Below, piece after piece: positions 25,430 through 37,649 of a stretch of DNA of 64,000 bases (within the stretch, counting starts at the first letter, position 1; each line of letters starts with the position of its first letter). The position numbers were made by a program, and so were the translations under genes. Source of the stretch: Camelus dromedarius (lineage: Eukaryota). Below the pieces are notes generated by a model. That model searched no databases. It had not been told where the DNA came from and saw nothing but the letters and a program-made list of their open reading frames with translations. The stretch covers positions 23,872,001-23,936,000 of the forward strand of contig NC_087436.1 of NCBI RefSeq assembly GCF_036321535.1, given 5' to 3'.

Positions 25430-25900
25430 TTATAGAATGTATGGTTAAAAAGGACAGTCAAGGTCACCCAGTTCAACCTCTTGCCAAGAGCAGGATTCTC
25501 CCCTAAAACTGTTCTTTGTCAGGATAGATGAATCCTTGCTTGTCATCCATTTTCATTTTTTGGATATGGAATGATTTGAGTGTTATCCCTTGCATTCATC
25601 TGAAATCTATTTCCATATAACGGCCACCTTGTTCTTCTCTTGTGACACAGGGTAAACCTACTCCTTTCTCCATAGAGAACAAACAAAAATCTTTCATGTT
25701 TCTCCATTTTCTCTTTCCCAACTTGGACATTCCCAGTTCCTTCCACTATTCCTTGTATTAGAATGATTACCTGCCCCTTTGCCACAAAGGCTATCCTCTT
25801 TCTGACATGCTGTCTTTTTCCCAGAGATTCCCAGATCTGGATACAAAACCCCACATGTCATTTGACCAACACCAAGTTCGATAAAAATGATCACACCGTG
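25430..25900 (-). mobile_element. L3/CR1 LINE 3' fragment
   Basis: ATAGAATG...AAGGTCACCCAGTTCAACCTC...AGCAGGA...ACATTCCCAGTTCCTTCCACTATTCCT. Confidence 0.7.
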
Positions 25901-26189
25901 TCTGCAGGCTAAAAGAGCTTGCATCAATTAAAAATTTCAAATATTTTAATATAAATCACATTTAGACAAGATCTTCCTAACACAATACAAGAAAGGCTAG
26001 TGTTTATGCATCTGTGTGTTTGAGTATTAATACTTAACTTTCATGGCCTGGTAATGATTTATTTTTTTCCTTGTGGTTGTCATTCTTCCTGCTTACTATG
26101 CCAGTATTCAAATCATTAATATAAAAAGAGGGTAAAATTCCTTCAGGGGTTGTCCGTCAGCACACAGGAGAATCCAGACTCTGTGATAT

Positions 26190-26409
26190 GTCATCCAACT
26201 TCATTACCTGCCTCCTGTCAACCTTAGCAGTCTCATCTCCTTCCCCTCGCCCCCACCCCACCACTGCACATTGTCTGCAGGTCCTCAAACACACATGTTC
26301 TTCCTGTCTTCCACAGCCTAGTTCTCTGCCTGGAAGGTTCTGGCCATGTTTTCTCTGACTCATAAACTTCTACTTGTCTTTTAAGGCTTAAGTTAAGAAT
26401 CACCTCTTA
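26190..26409 (+). mobile_element. L2 fragment (left part)
   Basis: GTTCTCTGCCTGGAAGGTTCT...AACTTCTACTTGTCTTTTAAGGCTTAAGTTAAGAATCACCTC. Confidence 0.7.
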
Positions 26410-26856
26410 GATCAGACTGGAGGTGGGTGTGAGGTCACAGGGATGGGAGAGGATTGTACGAAGGTGATTAAATGGTACAAACTTCCAGTGATAAGATATT
26501 TAAGAACTGGGGATGTAATGTACAACATGATGACCAGTTAACACTGCAGTGTGGTTAATTTGAAAGTTGTTAAGAGAGTAGATCCCAAGAGTTCTCATCG
26601 CAAGGAAAAAAAATCTTTTTTTCCTTTTCTCTCTCTTTTTTTTTTTTGGTATCCATATGAGATGATGGATGTTAACTAGACTTTTTATGGTAACCATTTC
26701 ATAATACATGTAAGTCAAATCATTATGCTGTACAACTTAATATCATACAGTGCTGTATGTCAATTGTATCTCAATAAAACTGGAAGAAAAAAAGATGCAC
26801 GCACAAATGAACAGAGTTAAGAAGAGTAAAAGCAAAAATAAAACGACTTCTGGTGA
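26410..26856 (+). mobile_element. 5'-truncated L1 3' end (L1MA9-like/ungulate L1)
   Basis: GGTACAAACTTCCAG...GGGGATGTAATGTACAACATG...TATGTCAATTGTATCTCAATAAAACTGGAAGAAAAAAA; 14/15 TSD at 26395-26409 and 26857-26871. Confidence 0.9.
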
Positions 26857-27034
26857 AAGAACCACCTCTTAAGCTCTGTCAGGACCATGAAGGGGTGTAC
26901 ACCAGAGGTTTCCACCCCATAACTAACCCTTGAAGCCAACATCCCATGTCTATTTTTGTTTTGATGTTATAAAGACCATAATTAATCAGCAATTAAAATA
27001 CACTTTAAAAAAAAGAGAGCGAGAATTGCCTCTT

Positions 27035-27240
27035 CTGCAAAGCCTTCTCTGGCCCACTTCCATCTCCTTGAAGCACCTGTTCCACGCAATCATTGCATCA
27101 TTTATCACTGACTATTCTGCATTTAACTGCTTGTTCATTTTTTGGGCCCTCTAGACTTTTCAGCTCCTTGATGCACAGGGTTCTGTTTTTTCTGTGGCTT
27201 TCCATGGTCTTAGACAGTGCCTAGTGTTTATAGTAAGATT
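27035..27240 (+). mobile_element. L2 fragment (right part, 3' end)
   Basis: AAGCCTTCTCTG...CTAGACTTTTCAGCTCCTTGA...ACAGTGCCTAG...TAGTAAG continues the L2 split at 26409. Confidence 0.7.
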
Positions 27241-27635
27241 ATATGTGTATACGATATCTCTGTAGGTCTCCTCGTAGACTTAACTCTCTTTGTTCAGAAG
27301 GACAGTGAAAGAAGTTACATCGAATGCTTTGCTCAAGTCAAGACATCCCGACCTATGAGTGGAGTAATACCACTAAAAAAGAAGTGAGCTTCAGTGGTTT
27401 GCTTGAGTGTTTTCTTCCCTCCTGTTAAAAAGCTCAGGCTCGATCCTCGTGCCCTAGTGTCAGGGCTTTCTAACCATGCTGAACATCCACTTAACTGATG
27501 ATTACAAACACCATTATGGCTCTATTCTGAGCCATACTATAATCGTTTTTTCTAAATGTTAATGGGTTTATGATGAACTATAATTGCGTATAGGATTCCA
27601 CATTGAGGAATAATTGTAGGTGCTTATTCACTCAC

Positions 27636-27780
27636 CTTTAAATCCCTACTATGTGCAGAGACGTCAGACGAATAACATTCTGACAGCACTGTAATGGCAC
27701 TGTCATCAGCAGACAAGACGATGCTGGATTCTTCAATTACATGCTCACTTTTTCAAGAGTTGACATACCACCACTATATT
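27636..27780 (-). other. candidate non-coding exon in conserved-looking sequence
   Basis: Consensus-like donor AAG|GTGAGT (GT at 27635-27634); repeat-free surroundings; upper boundary is a guess. Confidence 0.35.
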
Positions 27781-30019
27781 TATCATCAATTAAATTTCCC
27801 TATATTAGTTACTTGCAGTAATTTTTGAGGCAATCACCTCAGCTCAAATTGCCATAGCAAACCATGTAATATCACCAAATAGAATTATTATCAGCAGTCA
27901 TCATTCTCATCAATTCTTTATTAAAGACTCATTTCTCAACCCATTTTAAATTGGGGCTTACAGTAAGTCATTTATAACCACATTTTGGAAATAGGCACAT
28001 TATATTTCCATTTCATAAATATGTTTTATTAGTCATGAGTAGTATAGTGTTAGATTACCATTAGTATTCTCAGCAGAGGTTGGAAAATGCTTAATTAACA
28101 AAGATACTGGATTGGAAAAAAATGATTCTGGGCATATTTCTTCTTGACCAAATTATTGTCTGTTCTTTTCCTCTAGTCCTTGGTAATTTTTAATTTGCAT
28201 GCACCTCTCCTACACAGTGTACTTCTAAGGGAAATGTAGGGAAGCCATTGTATGTAGGGAAGCCAAAACCCAGTAAAAGCAGATTTTCTGAAGACCTCCC
28301 TGTTATTGTGTATCTCTCAGTACCTTCACCTGAACCCAGTTCTTTTTAGAAACCACCAGCAGTCAAGCTTTGTTCCTGAAGGGCATCGCTGGGAATCTTT
28401 TACAAATCACAGAGCACCTAGATTCCTGTTCTGGTTGTGATAACCCAACACTGGTATTTGAAGTCCAGAGCCATTTTTCCATCACCTTCCAGGTGTCTTT
28501 CATTCTGAGAACATGTAGCTCCCTATTTTCCATGCCCTCTTCTCGATCAGTCTTATTTTTGAGAAAAGCAGCAAGCAGCAGAGGATTCATCATGCCAGGG
28601 AAGCCACAGAGATGTTGATACCCAGACTATCATGTGCAGAGACTGTAGTAACCTTGGGCAGATACAGGTCTGCTGTGGACAAAACCTTTTCTTCATTGTT
28701 ATTGTTTTTAATTAGAGCTTCTGGCTTACTTTCTTTTTGTCCTCCACTCTTGTTGGGATTCTTCCACGTTTTTTATTTTATTTCATTTGTAGTCCTGTCT
28801 TTTGTATCCTTAAATTCTCTTGTGTGAGATGTGTTTTGGTAGTTCCCATTATTTCCCAAGGGATAGGGCTCTTTTTATGAAGGTGTAACATGTTCCAACA
28901 AAGACATGTATATATTCTCTGAAGAAACAAACTGATGGCTGCAGGTTTGGATGCTTTGCTAACGCAAAAGAGCAGGAGTTTGTGTATCAGCCAAATACTG
29001 AAATACCAGACTTGTGGATGGCTTAAGCCCGAAGTGGCTTGCTGGTTCCCTAACAGCAGGCAATTATGTTACACTCAGGGAGCCTCCACACAGGCTGTTC
29101 TTACGCAGATATTTGCCTGAGTGAACAGGAAGACCCGTAGAAATATGGGAGAGACACGTGACTTCTCTTTAGTGATTGATTGCCCACAATTGTACGCTAA
29201 TTGCTGACGACACTGTTCTATCCGTACTTAATGTTTTGTTCAGATATCTTTCCCAAGGCCCCTAGTTATGGGATTCGTGTTCATAAAAGTTTCTAATATG
29301 GCCCTTCTGTTCACCTAGCAGGTGAATAATCCCCAAGTTAATAAAAAGGTAAGCACTCTTATGAACATGGCATTAAAAGACTCTACCCAATGCAGGTTCA
29401 TCCTGTGAGGGAAAAGTAACCTTTCCTGACACCCCTAGTGGTATAACCAAGTCAGCTACCCCACGCCGGCTTTCCCAAGTCCTTAGTAAGGTTTTGCCTA
29501 AAATGATGGGGAAGAGGGCATTCACTTGGGATGCTAAAGTGAAAGGCAAAGATTGGGGATGGCTAAAAGGGGCTTCTGGGGGAGCTGCTCAAAAGCAACA
29601 AAGAAACTGACAGCATGTATTCTTCTCAGACAGGAAGGGAAGGAAATGGCTTCCCCATCAAGCGGCCCCTTTCTTTGAATCAGAGACCTGCCCTACACAG
29701 TGAAGAGACCAGACTCCTTTAACCAGGGAGACCTGGGGCACATGGTTCCCTTCTCCGGCAGGGCTCCTGTGGAAAAGCTGGCAGGGACACAAAACCACTC
29801 CCAAAGCAACACAGGACCCCGGGTTACAAATGAGGATTGATGTTAAGCTGAGCAACTGTAATGGCCTTATCACAGCAATCATTCTAGAACACCCGTCTCT
29901 CCCCTTCTCCCTTCACATCTGACTGGTGATCTATTGTTCCTCATTGCCAGTGCTTGTTTGAAGAGCTCTGCCGCATTTGCAGGTAGAAAAGAATGTGCAA
30001 CTTTTTTTTCCCCCTTGAA

Positions 30020-30970
30020 GTCATTGTCTATATTTAGGTCAGTGACGTGGTGAGAGATGTTGATGTGTTTTGTACCTCGCGCTGAAAACTGCCTCCCCGG
30101 ATCTGGGGGAGTGCGAGGCGCTCGCTAAAGGCACATTCTGCGCCGGGAGCCTGCAGCCCACGCTGCCCGCGGCCGAAGGTGGGGGTCTGCTCTCTGCCGC
30201 CGCCAACCCTCTGCCCGGTGTCGCGGAAATCTCACCCTGGTCTCCCAGATCCTCTGTGTGAGACAGGGGACTGTCTTATAAAACGAGGAGAGGGGAGGTC
30301 GCAGGAAGTTGCTTTATCCTTCACCTGGAGTCGTCACCCTGCACTCTGCTCTGTCAAGTGGGAAACGCGGCCCAGATAAATCCTGCCCACAAAGGAACTG
30401 CGCCTTTTTAACATGCAAATGTTCAGTCGGGGAAAGTAAATAGACATCTCCTCCATCAGGAACTCGGAGACAATCGCAACAACCCCCACCCCACCCCCCA
30501 ATACCATTTCCCCTTTCTCTTTACCTCCTAAGAGAAAGAAATTTGATTTTTCCCCCATTATTTTTTTGAAGGGAGGGAGGGGCTTGCATTGAATTGCTCT
30601 TAAGCCACTGTCTTCTACTCCAACTTCCTCCTGTCGAGATAGGCTTCATTAATTTGATAAGCCGACACCAAAAGAGAGGGGTGGCGGGCAGAGCGAGGAG
30701 GGGGATTGCAGGAGGGGCTGCCTAGGGGCTGCCCTGAGGTTTTAGAAGATGAACTGCTAATGATGTTGAAGACGTACCTTTTCAGACTGCCTGGTCCCTC
30801 TGGAAAATCAGGGTCTTCTTTCACTTACTCTGATTGTACTGCAAGAACTGAAAAATAGGGGCCTGGCTGGAGCGAAGAAGGGGGCTGCGGGCGGGGAGGG
30901 GTGATAAGGAGACAGATGCGTCTCCGAGGAGGAATCAGAACGCGTCAGTTACACAGCGTGAACGGCCTTT
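30020..30970. promoter_or_regulatory. small CpG-island-like promoter region
   Basis: Highest CpG density I see in the window (about 30075-30400); MEF2, RORE, TGACGT, octamer ATGCAAAT (30413-30420), GC box (30889-30896), plus-strand TATAAAA (30277-30283); four minus-strand donor motifs. Confidence 0.65.
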
Positions 30971-31914
30971 GCTTTAACAGGATATCTGATATTGTCATGC
31001 TAAAGAGTCAGAAACTAATGGGGAGAAATAGATTAATTTGCTAGGTCATTTATTGAACAGTCTTGCCTGATACTTACAAACTAGTGAAATTAGTGTAAAT
31101 TGGCAGTATGAATATTTTGATCAACATCTGTGACCCCTGAATTCAAACTGAGGAGGATGCAAACCCCAGTGCTTTGACATTTCAGATGCACGAATCTTTG
31201 CTGGCCCTTTCCCATCTTCTAATGTGACAGAAGCTGATTATAGCTCAGATAACCATATGTAGAATCTGCCCAAGAAATCCAGTTGATGCCACTTAATCTT
31301 CGTTTGGGCAAAAATTATATATTTGCCCTAATACTACTTCTCAGGAACTGGGAGAACCTTAGAGATACCCAGCTTCCGTATAATTTTATTTTTTAGTCTC
31401 TATTCTCTTGACTACTTTCAAGCTCGTTCTCAAACATTTACTGAAAACAAAGGCATGAAGCCATCTAAGGATGGAAAGCCATTTAAGCGAGGTTCTTTTC
31501 TCATTTGAGTTAGTAGCAATATAAACAATTTGCAGATTTAACAAAAATCTTGAATATTTTTGAATCACAGATCAAACTGTTACACTGGCTTGTTTTGCTT
31601 CTGAAATAAATACCAAGATGAGGGTGGCATGTCAATGGATGTCAGTAGTTAAGTGAAAACAACTCGGGCTACTGCCCCCCAGAGTTTCTGCTTCAGTAAA
31701 TATTTTACTTCCTCCTCAATTTTATCAAGTGACAGTGATTGTTTGGCAGTGTCAGAGCTCACTGCTTTGTGGACACCAGGAGCAGCTTGGAGCCTGAGGG
31801 GTGGAGGATGGGAGTACATATTTCAAATAGATGAACAGGTCTTGGCCTGCAGACTTGGCAATTGCCTAACTAGAATCTCAGTTGCAATTAGATTCTAATG
31901 GCAAATAAACAATG

Positions 31915-32143
31915 ATTCAATAAACACCTGTTTATTTAGTCCCTGTTGTGTGCCAGCCCCTCTTCTAGGTGCTTACAATTTCTAGGTGTTTAAAATATAT
32001 CCGTATATGAAAAAGATAAAGATTCCTGCCCTTGTGCAGCTTACGTTCTAGCAGACATTAAACATAATAAATAAGTGTAAATTATACAGTATGTTCATTG
32101 TAAGTGCTGTGGAAAACTTAGAAGTAGAGCAGGGTGAAGGAGG
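31915..32143 (-). mobile_element. L2a-like 3' end
   Basis: TTTATTTAGTCCCTGTTGTGTGCCAG...CTAGGTGCT...CCTGCCCTTGTGCAGCTTACGTTCTAG. Confidence 0.8.
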
Positions 32144-32500
32144 TGTTGAAAGGTATTAAAACTGAGGCATATTAAAATGTGTAAAAGTTTATTTGAGCTA
32201 AAGTGGATTCAAATCAGGAAGCGCCAAATCAGAAGTGGTGAGGAGGGCTCCCCGACAGGAGCTGGGGGAGGACTCTTCTAGAGAAAAGACAGAAGCAAAA
32301 CAAGAAGATTACTTGATTGGCTATAGCTTCTACGTTTGCCTTATTTGGGACAGTATACTTGGCTGGCTGTAATTGGTTGTCCTGAGGTTTGAGTTTCTTC
32401 ATCTCAAAGCATTAAGGCTTGGGTTTGGGTTTGCTTACATTGGTTGCTAAGGTATTAGAACACCTCAATCTAGTGGTGTCTTTGTTTAATTAATTTAACA
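32144..32500 (-). mobile_element. solo LTR, ERV1-class-like
   Basis: TGTTGAAA...TTTAACA inverted termini; minus-strand AATAAA and CCAAT boxes; flanks GAGG/CAGG (3/4 TSD). Confidence 0.8.
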
Positions 32501-33979
32501 CAGGCTAGCAGGTAGGTCCTGTCCAGGCAAGGGGTTTATGAGCTGCGGATACCTTAAAAATCCCACGCCTGTGGAGCCACCTCCCACCAGAGCAGGCCCA
32601 CACCAAACACAAGGGACAGGTGAGGCCATCACTCACCCGCAGACACATGAAGCTGCAGACCCACGAGAGGTGTGACATGAGTGGCAGCCACCACAGCTGG
32701 GTTTCTTTGCTGCACCAGCCTGGGCTGCCATGCCCAGTGGTTCTCTGTGTGTGTGTCTGTGAAAGAGTGCAGGGTAGAAGGTGGGCGACATGGTTAAGGC
32801 CCTCCCTTTAGAGTCCCAGTTCAGTTCAGGATTCCCAGCTAGAGTTCTGGCTTCCTCTTCTGCTTTGGCCAGTGGTTCATCATGTAACCTGCAGCATGAG
32901 CTTATCTCTTCCTAACAATGGTCATCGTCACAGAATCACAAGGTACAGTTATTACAATGTCTGACCTGGTTGATGAGGAATTATTTATTGATGTTCTAAG
33001 AAGGACTAAACCAGTGTTGTGAGTTCCTTAATACCCAAAGACAAAACTACAGAATATCCAAGTGTCCCCCATGTTTGGTCCATTTTATTCATTTAAAAAT
33101 TATGGGTTTTTTTTCCTTCCTACGTATGTTCTACACACAGGTAAATAGGAAGGATCAAGGCAAACACCCACACACACACCCCACCTCCCTCCAATTTTGG
33201 AGCACTCCCGGGAGAGAGAATAGACAAGCATTTCTTCTGTTCTTCAGAGTCAGTGCTATGCTTCCTGCATCCCTGTAAAGATGATGTGATGTCATCGATT
33301 TGGTTGAAAAGCAAAGCAGATAGAGATTTGATTAGCCTTTCCACTCTTTAATGGGGACTGAGATTAGGATTCCTGGCTTCCTTCCTGATTAGGGTTTGAG
33401 AGTGGAGCAGATCACTGAAGGGGGTCCATGCTCCCCAGCACAGGCAGCCATCCTGCCCAAATCATGATGTCTGTGTGTCCTTCTGTGGCTGCTTTCTTTC
33501 TGTTTGTGGTCAGCAAAAGGAAGGAATGGATTTCTGATGGAGCAGATGCTGTGCTTAAGTGTGGACAATACTTACCCTGGCAGAAACGCCCTGCCCATAT
33601 GTCTAGGGCCAGGAAGGGGACTCCTGAGACTCAAAAGCATGAGGCTCAAGTCTTCCTCCAGGAAACCTGTTGCCCAGAAAGGCAGAGTGGGGCTGGCAGA
33701 AGGCCTGAGGCCCAGGACTCACACTAGAAACTCAGCAATAAGCTCAGAGTAGGAGGCATAGCCCAGCAGCTGTTCTTTTTGTCTTGTCTCTAGGGCCCCC
33801 GACCCCTTATTTGCCACCATGATGATGAAGATGATCCTGACTTTCTATTGCCTTACCAACACAAAGGACTATGGAAGCTGTGTGAACTCTAGCAACTTTG
33901 GGTCCCAAATAGATGGTTTATTTCTGGTTTCATCTGCTCTCCAAACGTTAATGTTCCATGGGTAACTGTGAACATGGAA

Positions 33980-34200
33980 TTAATAATTTTGAAAAATAAG
34001 TACTTCCCGGCTGCTTACAATTCACCTGGTACTGTGATAAGTGTTTTTATCACACTTGATCCTCGTGCATTGTTTGAATTTAGTGCTATTATCCACACTA
34101 CACAGATGAGGAAAATGAGCCTGGCTCACAGCGCTGCAGCTACCAGGATACAGAGTCAGGCTTTGAACTCAGAAAGGGTGGGTTCTAACAGCCAGGCCAA
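33980..34200 (-). mobile_element. MIR SINE
   Basis: GGTACTGTGATAAGTGTTTT...CTATTATCCACACTACACAGATGAGGAAAATGAG...GCTTTGAACTCAG. Confidence 0.75.
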
Positions 34201-34549
34201 GTTCCCTAAGTCTCCTGCTGAAAGCCTCTTCTGTTCTCCTGGTTGATGTGTGGTAGAAAGACATGCCTTGCAGCTGGGCCCTGCTTTCTTAAGTTGCCTA
34301 ATACATGTATTTGACAACCTTTGCAGTAGATATAGTTCATCTAATTAACTAAACTGAAATTCAGTGATCAGCTCCAGTCAAGCAAACAAAATAATGCATT
34401 CCTATAATGTTAACAGTAGATTTGCTGTGATAACAGAAGTTGCTGCTTTGACAGTGGATATTCTCATAGGAACCTTTAAGCAGTGTCACCAAACATTTTA
34501 CACATGGGAAGTGGGCATAGAAGTGGGCAGTAGATAGAGAAGTTCTCAG

Positions 34550-34990
34550 AGGTACTCCTGTCCCCTGATCCAGCAGTTCTACTTAAATTTATCCAAAGAA
34601 CGTAATCAGAGATGTGATCAACAACATATGTATATGTACATGTATCTGAATAAAAGGCTGTTCACAGCAGCATTATTTATAGTGATGAAAACTGGGAGGG
34701 GGGAAGCACTATATGACCAAATGTAGAGGATTGCTTAAATAAATTGTGGTCCATTCAACTGAATATTTCAAAGCTGTTATTTTAGAAGTATATTTAATAA
34801 CATGGGGTAACGGCCATGACAGAATAAATGACAAAAGGTAGAATATAAAACTACATATGATCGATCCCCGTATTTTAAGAAGATTGAGAATGTGAACAAC
34901 TTGAAATTGGATTTTTGGTTTAGTGAAATGGAGGATAGGTGTTAGGATTTTTTTCTGTAACAAAATCTGGAGAAAAAGGTTTTAAGAAAT
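34550..34990 (+). mobile_element. old L1 (L1ME-like) 3' region
   Basis: TGATCCAGCAGTTCTACTT...TGTTCACAGCAGCATTATTTATAGTG...TTAAATAAATTGTGGTCCAT. Confidence 0.8.
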
Positions 34991-36149
34991 AACCTAGAGA
35001 GAATCATGACTATGGGAGAAATACTTTCTCTCGTCAGCCTAAATTCCCAGTGAAATAGTGACAGGATAGCTCAGTGTTAGCCTTAAAACTACTTTATGTT
35101 TCTCTTTAATTTTCTCCTTTACTTAGAACACACTTAACCTGTAGTTATACTTGATAGAAGCTGATGATTTTGCAATTTTGCGTCCTTTCCAAAGCAGTCT
35201 CTTTCAAAGAAAAGCAGAGATCTCTGTGCCGTTTGTGTAATGGTTGCTTCTTGCCAGGTTCTTAAAACAAGTTGGTGAAGTGACTGACAAACTTTCCTGA
35301 TCAGAAAAATGGCAGGTCAGAGATTCACTGCTGACTGGGAGGCAGGTGTCATAGCTACCTTCCTCTCATGTGGCTGGAAAGAAGGCAATTTCTCTGTTAC
35401 CCTAGGGATGAGAGAGAGGGAGAAAGTTCAGGCACTGGAGTGTTGAGCACAGCTCCAGGGACCAAATGAGAAAGCCCAAGTCATCAGAATCGTCTCTTAC
35501 CAGGGGTGTCAAAACAGAAGGAAATGAGCTGGTTCTCTGACACGTGAGAAGACAGCTATGGAAGAGGACCGTGCGTGTCCCCTAATTTTGACAAAGTGGG
35601 AAAATGTAAAGAACCAAGAATCAGTTGAAGGAAGTCTTCACATCTCAGTAGAGTTAGAGTGGAGAGAGACCTGAGTAAGAAAGCTACCTAATTACATCTA
35701 GATATTTGGGCTAATCTTGCTTTCATAATTAATCATCTCTCTGAGAACACTTGAGTGGTTAGAAAATAAAGTCATAATTACTACCTGTGACCACTTACCT
35801 TTTGGCAGTATGGCTCAACTGAGAGAAAATATCCCAAAAGTAAAGGCAAATGGAGGGCTAGCCTTGTAAATCCAGCCGATCAAAGGATTAGAGACATCAC
35901 ACCTGTCTACCTGTCTAAGCCAAACCTGAGAAAATATGTAACCCACAAAGGCAGTGTCATATAGGGGAGGCAGTTGGAACCACGTTACCCATGGAACAAA
36001 ATGCTAACTTCTTAGCATTATGTTGTACAAAATCTGACCCCAAATGCCTTTCCAGCTTCCTCTCCCTCTCAGTATCTCTCATCTCTGCAGGCATTCTGTT
36101 TTTTTCCCTTTACCCTGAGTCAGCCATGCACTTAAGGGAGTCAGAGCCT

Positions 36150-36456
36150 CAGCCAATTACATTCCCTTGGCTTGGAATGACCTGAAACGCCCTGCTTCTT
36201 TGCTCATCAAGATCACTCTCTGCTTTCCAGGTCCAGTCAGACACCGCCTCAGTCAGACATGATCTGACTTCCCTTTCCTTACCTGTAGACTTTTATAGGT
36301 GCCCTCATCTCTTGTTTATTTCATTCTGCCTTACATTTGAGCTGGTTATTTATGTTTCTCTCCCCCATCAGATTGTTACTCACCTGTGAATGCCTCTGAC
36401 AGATGCCAAACCAGATGACCTCATACAGTAGTCATTAACACACACTGGCTGAATTT
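36150..36456 (+). mobile_element. L2 3' fragment
   Basis: CATTCTGCCTT...TTATTTATGTTTCTCTCCCCCATCAGATTGT...CATACAGTAG...GCTGAATT. Confidence 0.55.
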
Positions 36457-36607
36457 GGTCAAATATAGGATAATATATGAATATTAAGATATGTGCAACC
36501 ATGTTTTCCAGACCAAAAATGTTAAGAAATGTGACCTGGGGACAGAATATTTGAAATTAGATGAGTCCTAAAAGACCCAGATTGCCAAGGCTACTTTAAT
36601 ACCAACC

Positions 36608-36765
36608 CGTAATAACAGCTAACATATTTGAGTATTTGCTATATTCTGGGCACTACACCACGTTGTTTCCATATGACATCCCACTGGGTCATCCTAGCAA
36701 CCTTATGAGGTTTAAGTACTATCATTATCCCTGTTTTGCTAATAGGAAACCAAGACTGGAGGCCC
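36608..36765 (-). mobile_element. MIR SINE
   Basis: TAATAACAGCTAACATATTTGAGTATTTGCTAT...CAACCTTATGAGGT...TATTATCCC-like, GGAAAC. Confidence 0.8.
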
Positions 36766-37077
36766 TTCTTAACCAGGAAACCAAAGGGACGCTGGGTCTG
36801 CACCTTTCTCTGCAGGGTTTCTCCCTGGCCTTGGAGGAGGCCCTGGTGGGAGCTGATTGCCATCATTCATGCAGTATAGCTGGGTAGCTGCCTAATTCAG
36901 TCACAAGGAAGTGGGCCTCACAAAAGCACTAGTAGCTTTTGTAAACAGCTTCTCTGGTTCTGACATTGGTCAGGTATTACTGGCATTCAGCACTATTTGA
37001 TGCTTTTCCTACTCTAGGGACGCTCTAGAGTCTATCAACTGTGAAGTGAGATGGGCTCCTTGCAAGTAAAATCGTCA

Positions 37078-37612
37078 TGCATAGGCATTAGGGTTCTCCA
37101 GAGAAAAGAATCAAGAGGATATAGATACTGTTTCAGATATAAGAGGAGATCCATTATAGGAATTGGTTCACGTGGTTATGAAGGCCGGGAAGCCCCACAA
37201 TCTGCCATCTGTAAACTGGCCAACCAGGAAAGCTGGTGGTGTTATTCAGTCCCAGTCTCAAGGCCTGAGAATCAGGGGGGCTGATGGTCTGAGTCCCAGT
37301 CGGAGTCCAAGGCCCGAGAACCAGGAGTGCCAAGTCCAAGGGCAGGAGAGATGGATGTCCCAGCTAAAACAGAGAGGGCGAATTGGCCCTTCCTCCACAT
37401 TATTGTTCTATTCTGACCCTCAGTGGGTTGGATGATGCCCACCCAAATTGGTAAGAGGGATCTTCTTTACTCAGTCTACTGTTTCAAATGCTAATCTCAT
37501 CTGGAAACACCTTCACGGACACACCCAGAAATAATGTTTTATCAACTATCTGGGAGTCCCTTAGGCCAGTCAAGTAGGCCAGTCAAGTCAACAGAGAAAA
37601 TTAACCAGCACA
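37078..37612 (-). mobile_element. MLT2B-like ERVL solo LTR
   Basis: AGGGTTCTCCAGAGAAA...GGAATTGGTTCAC...CAAATGCTAATCTC...ACACACCCAGAAATAATGTTT...AAAATTAACCAGCACA; internal 13-bp tandem duplication at 37562-37587. Confidence 0.9.
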
Positions 37613-37649
37613 GGATAACTAAAGGAAACACCATAGAAGAGATTAGTCT

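Noticed and set aside
28234..28265. 14-bp direct repeat ATGTAGGGAAGCCA x2
   Set aside because: Simple local tandem duplication; not an array or CRISPR-like structure.
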